Positions 37,584-47,083 of a stretch of DNA of 64,000 nt are shown here, one piece after another. The translations under genes were made by a program, and so were the position numbers. Under the pieces are notes generated by a model. It was not told where the DNA came from. It ran no database searches and saw only the letters and a list, made by a program, of their open reading frames with translations. Origin of the DNA: Elusimicrobiota bacterium (GTDB lineage: Bacteria; Elusimicrobiota; Endomicrobiia; CG1-02-37-114; JAHJSO01); assembly GCA_043826435.1 (NCBI GenBank), contig JBDRQF010000037.1, positions 60,186-124,185 on the forward strand, written 5' to 3'. Position 1 is the stretch's first letter, and every line of letters begins with the position of its first letter.

Positions 37584-40556
37584 TCAGCGGGTGGTCGGCG
37601 TGACTGAACATATGCTCCTGTAAGGACAAAAATCACACGAGAAATATCCCGGTTTCGCATGGAAACTGCCGGAGCGGATGCCGTCCGCAACCGTCCTTAT
37701 GTCGTCAAGCGCTTTGTCAATTTTTTTGTCCGATATTTTTATCCTTGATAAAATACCCGGTTCCAGAAAATACAGCGCCACCCAGTCGGGTAACCTTCCG
37801 TATTTTTCTCTGTAGCCGAGCGCATAAATCATAAGCTGCCTGCTTTTTTTTGTCTGGGCGAGAGCGTCTTCCTCGTCGATAATTCCGCCTGATGTCTTAT
37901 AATCAATAATTGTTGACTCGCCGTCAATTAAGTCAAGCCGGTCCCACCTGCCCCTGACTGTTATTTTATTATCAAGCAGAAACCTGAATTCCTCCTCAAC
38001 GCCTGACGGGGCCTCCCTGTCCCTAACCTGCCCCTTGTAGTAGTTAGTAAGCATTTCCCTGCCCTGCAGTATCCGTTTCTCCTCGTGTTCCCTGCTTAAA
38101 AACCCCTCGGATGTCCACATTCCATCATATAACCTTAAAAGACCTTCAAGCGACAACTCCCTGTTTTCTTTCAGGGCGCAGTGGTATTCGTTAAGCACCT
38201 TATGGATTATCGCCCCGAATACGAGTGTGTGGTGTTTCGGGAGGGGTATTTTAATTATGTGGACGTACCTGTATTTCAGCGGGCAGGTGAGATAGTCGTC
38301 AATGGCATAGGGTGAAAGTGAAAGCGTATCCGGTAAAACAAATTTCTTTTCAGCCCCTCCAGCCGGCGGGGCATACCTGTGAATCTGTTCTATAACGGAG
38401 GGCTTGAGTATTTTTACGTCAACAAGGGGAACGTCCGTCGCCTCGTGCACAAAGCGGGATATTTTTCTGATTTTTTTGCCGCCGTAGTTGTACGCTGATG
38501 TAAGATAAAGTTCGTCCTTTGAGCGGGTCATACCGACATAAAAGAGCCGCCTTTCTTCCTGCTGGTGGTAGTCGCCGGCGGGCAGTATGTCCTTTATCAG
38601 ACCGTCGGGCAGGGTTATCGGGTCGGACATGGATCTGGTGGGGAACTTGTCCTCTACCAGGCCCACAAGGAATACGGCGCGGAACTCAAGTCCCTTCGCC
38701 TTGTGTATGGTGAGTATGTTGACGGCGTCGTAGTCGGGTTCAAATTCACCCGGTAGTTGTTCCTGGCCGCCCTGGCCCGCCGCCTCAATTCCCTCAAAGA
38801 GCGAATCAATGTATTCAACAAAACGCACCACCCTGTTGTACTCGCTTATCTCGTCAAAATTGGTTATAATCTGGAAGAACGCGGCTATATTCTGCGCCTG
38901 TTCAATATCATCCGCCGTTTCCGCACGAGCGAGCGCCTCAAGAGTTTTTTGCCGTTTCAGGAACTCGTACAGGAGTTGTCCCGTCGGACGGTTAACGGAC
39001 AGGTGCAGGTATTCATTGAAAGCGTCCGTAAACCTTTTAATGCCCTGTTTCAGTTCCGTTGAAAGTGTTGCGGTTTCCCCGTATTTATCAAGGTTATTAA
39101 GGACGTAATAGAGCGACCTGTTGTATTTTTTCGCAAGGTTGCATAACGCAATCGTCCCCGTAACGTCCGGGACAATGGGAAAGGCGTTTTTGAACGGCCC
39201 CGTGGCGCAACTTATTAAATAATACATTGACCTTGAATCGTCAGGGTTGGCAAGCGCCCGCAGGAAGGCGATTATGTATCTTATTTCGTTCCTGTCAATA
39301 AGCCCGGTGCCGCCGGACGACCTCCAGGGGATTCCTTCTGCATTCAGAGATTTCATAAACGGTTTCGCCATGTTGTTTGAACGGACGAGTATGGCAAAAT
39401 CCCGCCAGGCGTATTTGCCTTTTTTCTTTTTGATGATTTTTGCAACATTGTCGGCCTCGGTATAAACCGTATCGTAGCAAAGGTGCACGACCGGGCGTCC
39501 GGGGATTTTTCTGTCCGACTTAAGTATCTTCTTTATCCTGTGCTTCACCTCAAGCCGTTCGGGGTTGTTGTGGACGATAAGGCGGTAGGCGGAATTCAGT
39601 ATGTTCTGCGTTGACCTGTAGTTTTGTGTGAGGACTATTTCCCCGCACCCTTTATAAAAGTCCTTAAACCCGATGATGTTTGAAAGGCATGCCCCCCTGA
39701 ATTTATAAATGCTCTGGTCGTCGTCTCCGACCGCGGTAATGTTGCCGGGGGATTCTGCCGTGCCGGCAAGTATTTTTGCAAGTTCAAACTGGGCGTAATT
39801 TGTATCCTGGAATTCGTCTATTAAAATGTATTTATACTGCGACCTGTATTTTGAAGCCGCCGCGGGGTTGTCCCTGAGCAGTTTCAACGGGAGTATCACC
39901 TGGTCGCCGAAGTCAACAAGGTTGTGCTGTCTTTTCAGTTCTTCATATTTTGAATATATGCCGGCTATCTCAACGTGCCTGCCTGCGAGTTCCTTTTCCT
40001 GGGGGTTCGCCGCTTTACCGTCCAGCGTTTCAGCCCATTTTAAGTATTCGTCCGGTGAGATATCTTCGTCCTTTGCGCGGCTTATGGTGTTAAGCAGTGA
40101 ATTAACGTAGCGCGACGGATTGCCCAACGGCCTGAAATGATTCATCTGAAATTTAAAGAGGTGTTCGCTGAAAAAAACAAATGATGCGGGCTGGGTCAAT
40201 ACCCTGTAATCTACTGATATGCCCAGCAGGGATGCGTTTTCCCTGAGGATTTTATCCCCGAAAGAGTGGAATGTTGAAATCCAGACGTCGTTAAACCCGT
40301 ATGGGACGAGCACGTCAACCCTGAAAGACATCTCATTTGCGGCCTTTTCGGTAAATGTCAGGGCGAGGATTTCCGAAGGCATTGCCTTTTTCGTGGCGAT
40401 AAGGTAGGCGATTTTGTAAGTTATTACCCGTGTTTTTCCCGTTCCGGCGCCCGCTATAATAAGCAGGGGCCCATCCCCGTATGTAACCGCCCTCTGTTGT
40501 GCCGGGTTGAGTTTATTGAGTATTTTTTTGATTTGAGGCGAGTGTTTGTGCAGCAT
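37584..40556 (-). CDS. UvrD/PcrA-type helicase fused to RecB-like nuclease (AdnB/AddA-like)
   Basis: AGAGTGKT, DEFQD, TIHKAKGLEF, EERRLFYVGMTR; C-terminal GRWDRLD, IDYKT, QLMIY, CDFCPYRSIC. Confidence 0.92.
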   Translation of the reverse strand: MLHKHSPQIKKILNKLNPAQQRAVTYGDGPLLIIAGAGTGKTRVITYKIAYLIATKKAMPSEILALTFTEKAANEMSFRVDVLVPYGFNDVWISTFHSFGDKILRENASLLGISVDYRVLTQPASFVFFSEHLFKFQMNHFRPLGNPSRYVNSLLNTISRAKDEDISPDEYLKWAETLDGKAANPQEKELAGRHVEIAGIYSKYEELKRQHNLVDFGDQVILPLKLLRDNPAAASKYRSQYKYILIDEFQDTNYAQFELAKILAGTAESPGNITAVGDDDQSIYKFRGACLSNIIGFKDFYKGCGEIVLTQNYRSTQNILNSAYRLIVHNNPERLEVKHRIKKILKSDRKIPGRPVVHLCYDTVYTEADNVAKIIKKKKGKYAWRDFAILVRSNNMAKPFMKSLNAEGIPWRSSGGTGLIDRNEIRYIIAFLRALANPDDSRSMYYLISCATGPFKNAFPIVPDVTGTIALCNLAKKYNRSLYYVLNNLDKYGETATLSTELKQGIKRFTDAFNEYLHLSVNRPTGQLLYEFLKRQKTLEALARAETADDIEQAQNIAAFFQIITNFDEISEYNRVVRFVEYIDSLFEGIEAAGQGGQEQLPGEFEPDYDAVNILTIHKAKGLEFRAVFLVGLVEDKFPTRSMSDPITLPDGLIKDILPAGDYHQQEERRLFYVGMTRSKDELYLTSAYNYGGKKIRKISRFVHEATDVPLVDVKILKPSVIEQIHRYAPPAGGAEKKFVLPDTLSLSPYAIDDYLTCPLKYRYVHIIKIPLPKHHTLVFGAIIHKVLNEYHCALKENRELSLEGLLRLYDGMWTSEGFLSREHEEKRILQGREMLTNYYKGQVRDREAPSGVEEEFRFLLDNKITVRGRWDRLDLIDGESTIIDYKTSGGIIDEEDALAQTKKSRQLMIYALGYREKYGRLPDWVALYFLEPGILSRIKISDKKIDKALDDIRTVADGIRSGSFHAKPGYFSCDFCPYRSICSVTPTTR

Positions 40557-40761
40557 TTATATCCTATTTTACAATTCTTGTTGACAAAAGTCAATAGGAG
40601 GGCGTTCTCATTAAATTCAATGTGCTGATGCAACACTTGAGTTAAAAAACCGCTATAATAAGCAGATATGAAAAACTTAATTTAACAAAGGTCTGTACAT
40701 TAGATTTGGCAGCTGATTCTCAATAAAATAGATTCCAACTGTCAGAATTTCTCAATCTAAT

Positions 40762-41088
40762 TTAATAAGATATAGACGTAGAGTTTAAAATTTCTCCCAC
40801 AAAACTTTCTCTTCCCTTAGACTCAATCTCCTTTCTGGTGTAACCCAAAGCCCCTATTGGTTCGAGAACTCCACCCGCAGCTAAACCTAAAATTTCCAAT
40901 CTTTCCCTTAAATTTAGATTTTCAAAATCTTCAGAAATAACAATTAAATCAATATCGCTATCCTCTCGGGGCTTTCCTTTAGCATAAGAACCATATAAGA
41001 TTATCTTTTCTGTATTAATTCCTAATTTTTTTAATTCCTCTCTAAAACTTACAATTATTTTTTCAACCTTTTGTCTTCTTTTAAACAT
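40762..41088 (-). CDS. Minimal nucleotidyltransferase (MNT)
   Basis: LYGSYAKGKPREDSDIDL (GSx10DxD). Confidence 0.9.
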   Translation of the reverse strand: MFKRRQKVEKIIVSFREELKKLGINTEKIILYGSYAKGKPREDSDIDLIVISEDFENLNLRERLEILGLAAGGVLEPIGALGYTRKEIESKGRESFVGEILNSTSISY

Positions 41089-41447
41089 TGAACAACCTCC
41101 TTCGTTTTGGCAAGATATTCTTCGGCTATATCTTTAGGATAAACTTCCAAAAGTTTTGAGAAATCTTCGGGATATCTGGTGACAATACTTACATTGTTTA
41201 TCTTGGTTACAAAGTTAAATAATTCCTGGGGAGGACTGACTTCTGCTAATTTAATAAGATAGATAAGGTTATGTGTTTTGGGAGGAGTTTTCTTAATAAC
41301 CGCAGCAACAATTGCTTTTAACATCTTCTCAATAGAAAGATGGCATATAAAAACAACATAGATATATCTACCCGTGGTTAACATATGCTCAGCGGTTTGA
41401 AGGTCGTATTCTGCAGAAGCTATAAAACTTTCAGCGTCTTTTCGCAT
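41055..41447 (-). CDS. HEPN domain protein
   Basis: HLSIEKMLKA, PPKTHNL, TRYP; overlaps the MNT gene. Confidence 0.9.
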   Translation of the reverse strand: MRKDAESFIASAEYDLQTAEHMLTTGRYIYVVFICHLSIEKMLKAIVAAVIKKTPPKTHNLIYLIKLAEVSPPQELFNFVTKINNVSIVTRYPEDFSKLLEVYPKDIAEEYLAKTKEVVQCLKEDKRLKK

Positions 41448-41714
41448 TTTCTCTCACCTTTCTCGTTTTTCACATAACGAGACCGTTGAAAAACCCGATA
41501 TCAAGTTAAGACTGCTTACTTAGACCGGCTAAATCAAAGACTTAATATATGGAAAATGATAATAGGTCTTTCAAACTTATGAATTTTATCTGTCCTTTTT
41601 AACTTTTTTGCTCTTTGAATCATTTTGTTGACATTACCCTCAATGCAATCTTGGGTGGAGATGTTAAACAGCATAGCAAGTTTACCATTCGCTTACAGTT
41701 AACCATAAAGACCT

Positions 41715-41843
41715 ATAACCACTTGCTTCTTAAACTCCTCTGTGAACCGCCTCTGTTTTCCCATGGCATGCTCCCCTATTATTATATCAAGGAGCCTGCC
41801 TGCTTGTCTAACCTTTCGTGTCCAGTTTTAGGGGTTCACTCCA
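41715..41843 (-). mobile_element. IS3-family left-end remnant (IRL + start of orfA)
   Basis: Minus strand TGGAGTGAACCCCTAAAACTGGACAC (IS3-type end), RBS GGGGAG, then MGKQRRFTEEFKKQVV and an early stop. Confidence 0.7.
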
Positions 41844-42134
41844 TAGTTCCCTTAATAGCGATAATGGATGAGTGCTTTCTTTTATTAAATGTTTCATTAT
41901 TGCAACTTCATCTATAGATACACCTGCTTCTTGTTCCTCAAAATAATCTTCCATTTTTACCATTTTTTAGTCCCCCATAAATGATTCTTATATGTTTATC
42001 AATAGTTTTTTTTACCCTATTCCTAAAATTCATTATAACTCTTTTTTCAAAGAATTTCAGGTTTGCGTAAGGAGATTAAACACCTACTTTCTATTATACA
42101 TATTTTAAACCCGAAATGCAAATGACAAGTAACC

Positions 42135-42455
42135 CCCTAAATCCGACATTGGTTTTGTACTTCGCCCAAATCAGCAATTGCTTCTGAAAAAAACCTTCAA
42201 AAACCAATTGCATGGTTCAGTGCCTGGAGGAATTTTGCCCTTGGTATACTGCATACCTTGAGGATTATTTGTCGGGCACTTCTTATTATCCTTCCTGCCA
42301 TCTGTATAAACTGCCATCTTACCGTCGTGTTTGTCTTCTGGATATATCTTGCTTGCTATAAATAAATTATACTTTTTCTATACTATCACCTGTTGGGTGA
42401 ATTATTTTTTTCTCACCTGTCGTCTACATCAACGTTTTCAATGTCGGATTTAGGG
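42135..42455 (-). mobile_element. Miniature, internally deleted IS1380-like element
   Basis: Perfect 17-bp TIRs CCCTAAATCCGACATTG / CAATGTCGGATTTAGGG; interior on minus strand encodes TVRWQFIQMAGRIIRSARQIILKV, like an IS1380 transposase C-terminus. Confidence 0.78.
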
Positions 42456-42600
42456 TGCCCTTTTTCGGTTGACTGGCGGTAAGGTTCTCCAATACTCTCG
42501 GTCTATTCATTTTTTGGTTTCTTTTATGTATTATATATACGATACGGAATGCGGTCGCTGGAAGGCACTAAAAGAGTTAACGACTGGATAGGAGCAGGGG

Positions 42601-42960
42601 ATGGAGAGAATCAACCAGAAACTCGGCAGGCACGTCAAAAAAATCAGGGAGAAGTTGGGTTTAAGCCAGGAGGAACTTGCAGAAAGGGCGGACGTCCATC
42701 CGAGTTATATAGGCATAATAGAGCGTGGGGAGAAAACGCCCAGCATACATACCATTGAGAAACTTGCAGCGGCGTTAAACGTATCAATGCAGTTCCTGTT
42801 CAGTTTTCAGGGTGGGGGCGCAAAACCGGCAGGAGATGTTTCCGACTACATGTCCAGGGAAACATTGGGTCTTTTGAGAGACATTGACACGAAAAATAAA
42901 AGGATAATTCTGAACGTCGTGAAAACCATGTGCCGGGATTTGAAAAAAACCAGGGCATAG
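42601..42960 (+). CDS. XRE-family HTH transcriptional regulator
   Basis: IREKLGLSQEELAERADVHPSYIGIIERGEKTPS; RBS GGAG. Confidence 0.92.
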   Translation: MERINQKLGRHVKKIREKLGLSQEELAERADVHPSYIGIIERGEKTPSIHTIEKLAAALNVSMQFLFSFQGGGAKPAGDVSDYMSRETLGLLRDIDTKNKRIILNVVKTMCRDLKKTRA

Positions 42961-43037
42961 ACGCGTTTTTTTCGGCCGGGCCGGCATGGAGGGATACATG
43001 CCGGTTAAGAAAAGGCAGGAGGAGCAGTCAGGGCAAA

Positions 43038-44189
43038 ATGGAGTTAAGAATCATCCCGAATATACATCCAGCGATATCCTGCAGAATAAAATTTTCAAAT
43101 TTTATTGAAACGCCGGAATACGAATTCGCCCTGTTTATAAAAGAGATAGAATCAGACCCGCTGTTCAGAAGGTTGGCCTACCCGGAAGACCCGTCGGAAA
43201 GGGTTGTTTCCATAAAAAGGAAATCCCATTTTTTTCTTTCAAAGAGGTTTTTCAGTTTTAACGAACAGATCGCATCAGGCCGGTTTGATTACGGGGATAA
43301 CCGGCAGTTTGACCTGGAGTCGTTCATTGAAAAGAACAGGGATGCCGTTGAATTAATTAAAAACATCGGTTACGAGAAATTCCACAAATATTATATTACC
43401 AGCGAATTACCTGAAAATCAGATTGATTTTGACATGGCGAAAATGCAACGACTGCACAATTTTCTCAACGAGATAGCAGTACATTCCGGTTCCCGTTTCC
43501 CGTCGTTACTGGTCCCCGCCGGATTTAACGCGCCGCACGTATCCTACCAGAAAATTGCATCAATCGGGGAAGACGGTGAAATCAGTTTCTTCTCGCCGCA
43601 CCTTGCAAAGGGCGGGTATATGATTGATTATGAGAAGATTGAACGTATCAAAGGTGCCGGAATGCTGACGGCCCGGGAGATAAAAAAGGTAAAAAAACTT
43701 ATAAAGAACCTTGAGATAATAAACTACAGGAAAAACATTTTATGCCGGATTCTTGAAAATATAGTAAAAAAACAGTCAGGGTATTTAAGGTCAGGCAACA
43801 CCGGAGACCTTGTGGCGTTTACGCAGAAAGATCTGTCCGGGATATCGGGTTTTAGCCGCAGTAACGTTTCCAGGTCTCTCCATTACCGCAGCGTGGTTCT
43901 GCCGTGGGGAGAGGAGAAACCCGTCAGGGCTCTCCTGCCGAATAACAAAGAAATCACCAGGAATTTGCTTGAAAACATTCTCTGCGACTACGAGGCACAA
44001 ACGGATAAAATAAAACGGACTGATTCTGAATTGTGCCGGATATTGTCTGAAAGGTACGGGGTGAGCACTTCCAGGAGGAGTGTCGCTGAATACCGCAGAG
44101 AGGCAGGGATACCCTCAGTTTATCAAAGACGTAGGGCAGGCGTGTGTCCTCCGCAGAAACCGCGGGCGACACAGAGGAATGTAACATGA
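43038..44189 (+). CDS. Divergent, shortened sigma-54 (RpoN-like) factor, 383 aa
   Basis: Region I-like FIKEIESDPLF; HTH FTQKDLS...SRSNVSR...LPWG; RpoN box TDSELCRIL...SRRSVAEYRREAGIPS; ATG 43038 downstream of GGAGGAG. Confidence 0.82.
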   Translation: MELRIIPNIHPAISCRIKFSNFIETPEYEFALFIKEIESDPLFRRLAYPEDPSERVVSIKRKSHFFLSKRFFSFNEQIASGRFDYGDNRQFDLESFIEKNRDAVELIKNIGYEKFHKYYITSELPENQIDFDMAKMQRLHNFLNEIAVHSGSRFPSLLVPAGFNAPHVSYQKIASIGEDGEISFFSPHLAKGGYMIDYEKIERIKGAGMLTAREIKKVKKLIKNLEIINYRKNILCRILENIVKKQSGYLRSGNTGDLVAFTQKDLSGISGFSRSNVSRSLHYRSVVLPWGEEKPVRALLPNNKEITRNLLENILCDYEAQTDKIKRTDSELCRILSERYGVSTSRRSVAEYRREAGIPSVYQRRRAGVCPPQKPRATQRNVT

Positions 44190-45553
44190 GCAGGATTAAA
44201 TCAACGTTACTCATAGTTGACGACGAACCGAACGTAATAGAGTCATTCAAGGTTATCTTTGAGGATAAATATAATATAATTTCGTCAGGCGACGGGAAGG
44301 GTGCTCTCCAAAAGGCCAGGAATGAAAACATAGACGTTGCAATCCTGGACATAATGCTTCCCGACATGGACGGCATTGAAGTATTGAGGAAAATACGGGC
44401 AATAGACCCGGAGGTCCAGGTAATAATGGTTACCGCCGTCAAGACGATAAAATCGGCAATTGATGCGATGAAATTGGGGGCGTATGACTACATAACAAAG
44501 CCGTTTGAGGTGGAGGACGTCATACTGGCGGTGCAGAAGGCAATTGAAAAAAGGACGCTGAAAAGGGACGTCCTCTATTTCCGGTCGGAAATAAAGCAGG
44601 TTATGTTTGAAAATATTATCGGCAGGAGCAAACCGATGCATCGCGTTTATGAATTGATTAAGGAAATGGGCAGGGTTGAAACCACCGTGCTTATTTCAGG
44701 CGAGAGCGGGACTGGCAAGGAACTCGTCGCAAGGGCTGTCCACTTCAACGGGACAAGGAAGGACAAACACTTCGTCGCCGTTGACTGCGGGGCGATACCC
44801 GAACGGCTTATTGAGAATGAGTTGTTCGGGCACGAGAGGGGGGCTTACACGGATGCCGCCGTCCTGAGAATAGGCAAGTTTGAAATTGCAAACGGCGGCA
44901 CGCTTTTCCTTGATGAAATAGGCAACATGGAGATAGGTTTGCAGAGCAAGATTCTCAGGGCCATAGAAGGAAAGGAAATACAGAGGATAGGCGGGACGAA
45001 GAACATAAAACTTGACGTCCGGATAATGTCCTCAACGAACGCCGACCTGAAAAAGGCGGTTGAGGAAAGGAAATTCCGGGAAGACCTTTATTACCGGCTG
45101 AATGTTATGGAAATCCGTTTGCCGGAGTTAAGGGAGAGAAAAGAGGACATACCTCTTCTGGCAGAACATTTCATAAAAACATACAACATGGAATTCAACA
45201 AGAACATAAAAGGCATCTCTGCGGACGCATTAAAGGCGCTTACAAATTATAACTGGCCCGGCAATGTCAGGGAGTTGCGTAACGTTATTGAACGGGCGGT
45301 TGTCCTGTCAAGGGGAGACATTTTGACGCCCGTAGTCCTCCCCGCAGACATACTGTTTTCAGACGAAGCGGGCAGGGACGGGTATGCCCGGAAAATTACG
45401 TTTAAAAACGCCAAAAATGAATTTGAAAAACAATTCATCAGGAAGGTTATGGAAAAAACAAACAATAACCAGACAAAAGCGGCGAAATTACTTGGCGTCC
45501 ATAGAAATACGATAAGGAATAAATTAAGTCCACCCCGCACTGCCCCTCGTTAA
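44186..45553 (+). CDS. NtrC/AtoC-family sigma-54 enhancer-binding response regulator (REC-AAA+-HTH)
   Basis: LIVDDE, ILDIMLP, GESGTGKE, ELFGHERGAYTDA, FLDEIG, WPGNVREL, AAKLLGVHRNT; ATGA overlap with the rpoN-like stop. Confidence 0.96.
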   Translation: MSRIKSTLLIVDDEPNVIESFKVIFEDKYNIISSGDGKGALQKARNENIDVAILDIMLPDMDGIEVLRKIRAIDPEVQVIMVTAVKTIKSAIDAMKLGAYDYITKPFEVEDVILAVQKAIEKRTLKRDVLYFRSEIKQVMFENIIGRSKPMHRVYELIKEMGRVETTVLISGESGTGKELVARAVHFNGTRKDKHFVAVDCGAIPERLIENELFGHERGAYTDAAVLRIGKFEIANGGTLFLDEIGNMEIGLQSKILRAIEGKEIQRIGGTKNIKLDVRIMSSTNADLKKAVEERKFREDLYYRLNVMEIRLPELRERKEDIPLLAEHFIKTYNMEFNKNIKGISADALKALTNYNWPGNVRELRNVIERAVVLSRGDILTPVVLPADILFSDEAGRDGYARKITFKNAKNEFEKQFIRKVMEKTNNNQTKAAKLLGVHRNTIRNKLSPPRTAPR

Positions 45554-45595
45554 AACCTCCCCCGTAAAAATCCTTTTATAAAGCGTTAGGTTGCA

Positions 45596-45656
45596 GCACA
45601 AATATTTTCGTTAAACATTGCACCTGTGCTTGTGCTGACTGCATAAGGATTTCAGC
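45596..45656 (+). promoter_or_regulatory. Putative upstream activator sites for the bEBP
   Basis: GCACAAATATTTTCGT (45596), GCACCTGTGCTTGTGC (45620), GCATAAGGATTTCAGC (45641); similar boxes at 51320 and 51341. Confidence 0.55.
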
Positions 45657-45733
45657 ACCGGCAAAAACCTCCTACCCTGCCGTTGTTATTGATTTCCGTC
45701 TCAAAACCAAATAGAAGCATCAAAAAACCAGGT

Positions 45734-45749
45734 TAGCAGAAGAATTGCA
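45734..45749 (+). promoter_or_regulatory. Variant sigma-54 -24/-12 promoter upstream of the ketosynthase
   Basis: TAGCAG-AAGAA-TTGCA; shares GTTRGCAGAA...TTGCAT with 51413-51431. Confidence 0.55.
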
Positions 45750-45832
45750 TGATATAGTTTATCGGGGCAGGCGGAATAAAACCAGGCAAGTCCGTCATTA
45801 TATAGACAAACTTAATCCAGGGGATGCAATTA

Positions 45833-47083
45833 ATGGAAAAACACCGCGTAGTAATTACAGGGATGGGCGTCATAGCCCCGAACGGCATCGGGAAAGCGAA
45901 TTTCTGGAATGCGATAAAAAACGGGGAATCGGGGATTAAAAAAATCACCCGTTTTGACGTTTCCGAATACCCAAGTAAAGTGGCCGGGGAGGTACAGGAT
46001 TTTTTGCCGCAACATTTTATGGACGCAAAACAGGCGAAACATTTCAGCAGGTTCATGCAGTTTGCAATGGCTGCAACCCGGCTGGCTGTTGATGACTCAG
46101 GGCTGAATTTATCCTCCGAAGACCCGTACCGGACGGGCGCATTCCTCGGGACGTCCATAGGCGGGCAGGAGGTTGACGAAGACCAGTTCCTCGTTTTTCA
46201 AAAAAAGGGAGTAAACAGGATAAGCCCGTTTACCGTCGCCACGGTCAACAACAATATGGCCGTAAGTGCGATATGCGCCGGGTTCGGTATAAAGGGGCCC
46301 AACATGACGATGTGCACCGGCTGTTCGTCCGCACTCGTTTCACTCTCTTACGGTTATGATTTGATATCAACCGGAAGATTAAACATTGCAATTACGGGCG
46401 GGAGCGAGGCGCCGCTTGTTCCCTTTGCATTTGACACCTTCTGCGCTGCGAACGTCCTTACGAGGAAAAACGGCAGGCCGGAACTTGCAAGCAGGCCTTT
46501 TGACAGGGACAGGGACGGTTACGTCCTTTCAGAAGGCGCCTGCGTCGTTATAATTGAAGAGATGCAACACGCGATTAACAGGAAAGCGGACATATACGCC
46601 GAGGTCGCCGGCTACGGGATAACGAACGATTCTTACAGTGTTTACAAGATGGAACCCACGGGAGCGGAGGTAGTTGAAACAATGAGGCAGGCCATCGGTA
46701 GCGCTGGCGCTGAACCCGCGGAGATTGACTACATAAACGCCCACGGCAGTTCCTCAGTGGTTTCGGACAGACGGGAGACGTCTGCAATCAAGACGGTCTT
46801 CGGAGAGGATGCATACCGCATCCCCGTCAGTTCAATAAAGTCAATGATAGGCCAGCCGCTTGCCGCCACGGGGGGCTTTCAGGTAACCGCTTCCGTTATG
46901 GCCATCAGGGAGGGTTTTATTCCACCGACGATAAATTATGAAAACCAGGACCCCGAGTGTGATTTAAACTATGTCCCGAACAGGGCGTACCGGAAGGAGA
47001 TAAAAACCGTCCTGATAAACTCTTTCGGCGTGGGCGGCAATAATACATCGGTGGTGGTTAGAAAATGTATGAACATAAATTGA
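45833..47083 (+). CDS. FabF-like beta-ketoacyl synthase, stand-alone, second catalytic His replaced by Gln
   Basis: RVVITGMG, TGCSSA (Cys), INAHGSS (His), IKSMIGQPLAA (His to Gln), NSFGVGGNN. Confidence 0.9.
   Translation: MEKHRVVITGMGVIAPNGIGKANFWNAIKNGESGIKKITRFDVSEYPSKVAGEVQDFLPQHFMDAKQAKHFSRFMQFAMAATRLAVDDSGLNLSSEDPYRTGAFLGTSIGGQEVDEDQFLVFQKKGVNRISPFTVATVNNNMAVSAICAGFGIKGPNMTMCTGCSSALVSLSYGYDLISTGRLNIAITGGSEAPLVPFAFDTFCAANVLTRKNGRPELASRPFDRDRDGYVLSEGACVVIIEEMQHAINRKADIYAEVAGYGITNDSYSVYKMEPTGAEVVETMRQAIGSAGAEPAEIDYINAHGSSSVVSDRRETSAIKTVFGEDAYRIPVSSIKSMIGQPLAATGGFQVTASVMAIREGFIPPTINYENQDPECDLNYVPNRAYRKEIKTVLINSFGVGGNNTSVVVRKCMNIN

Noticed and set aside
41615..41917. 100-aa plus-strand ORF
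   Set aside because: Antisense to IS3 debris, TTG start without RBS, no motifs
45833..47083. Calling this gene fabF or a type II PKS cluster
   Set aside because: No ACP, chain-length factor or fabD/G/H in the window, and the catalytic His is altered
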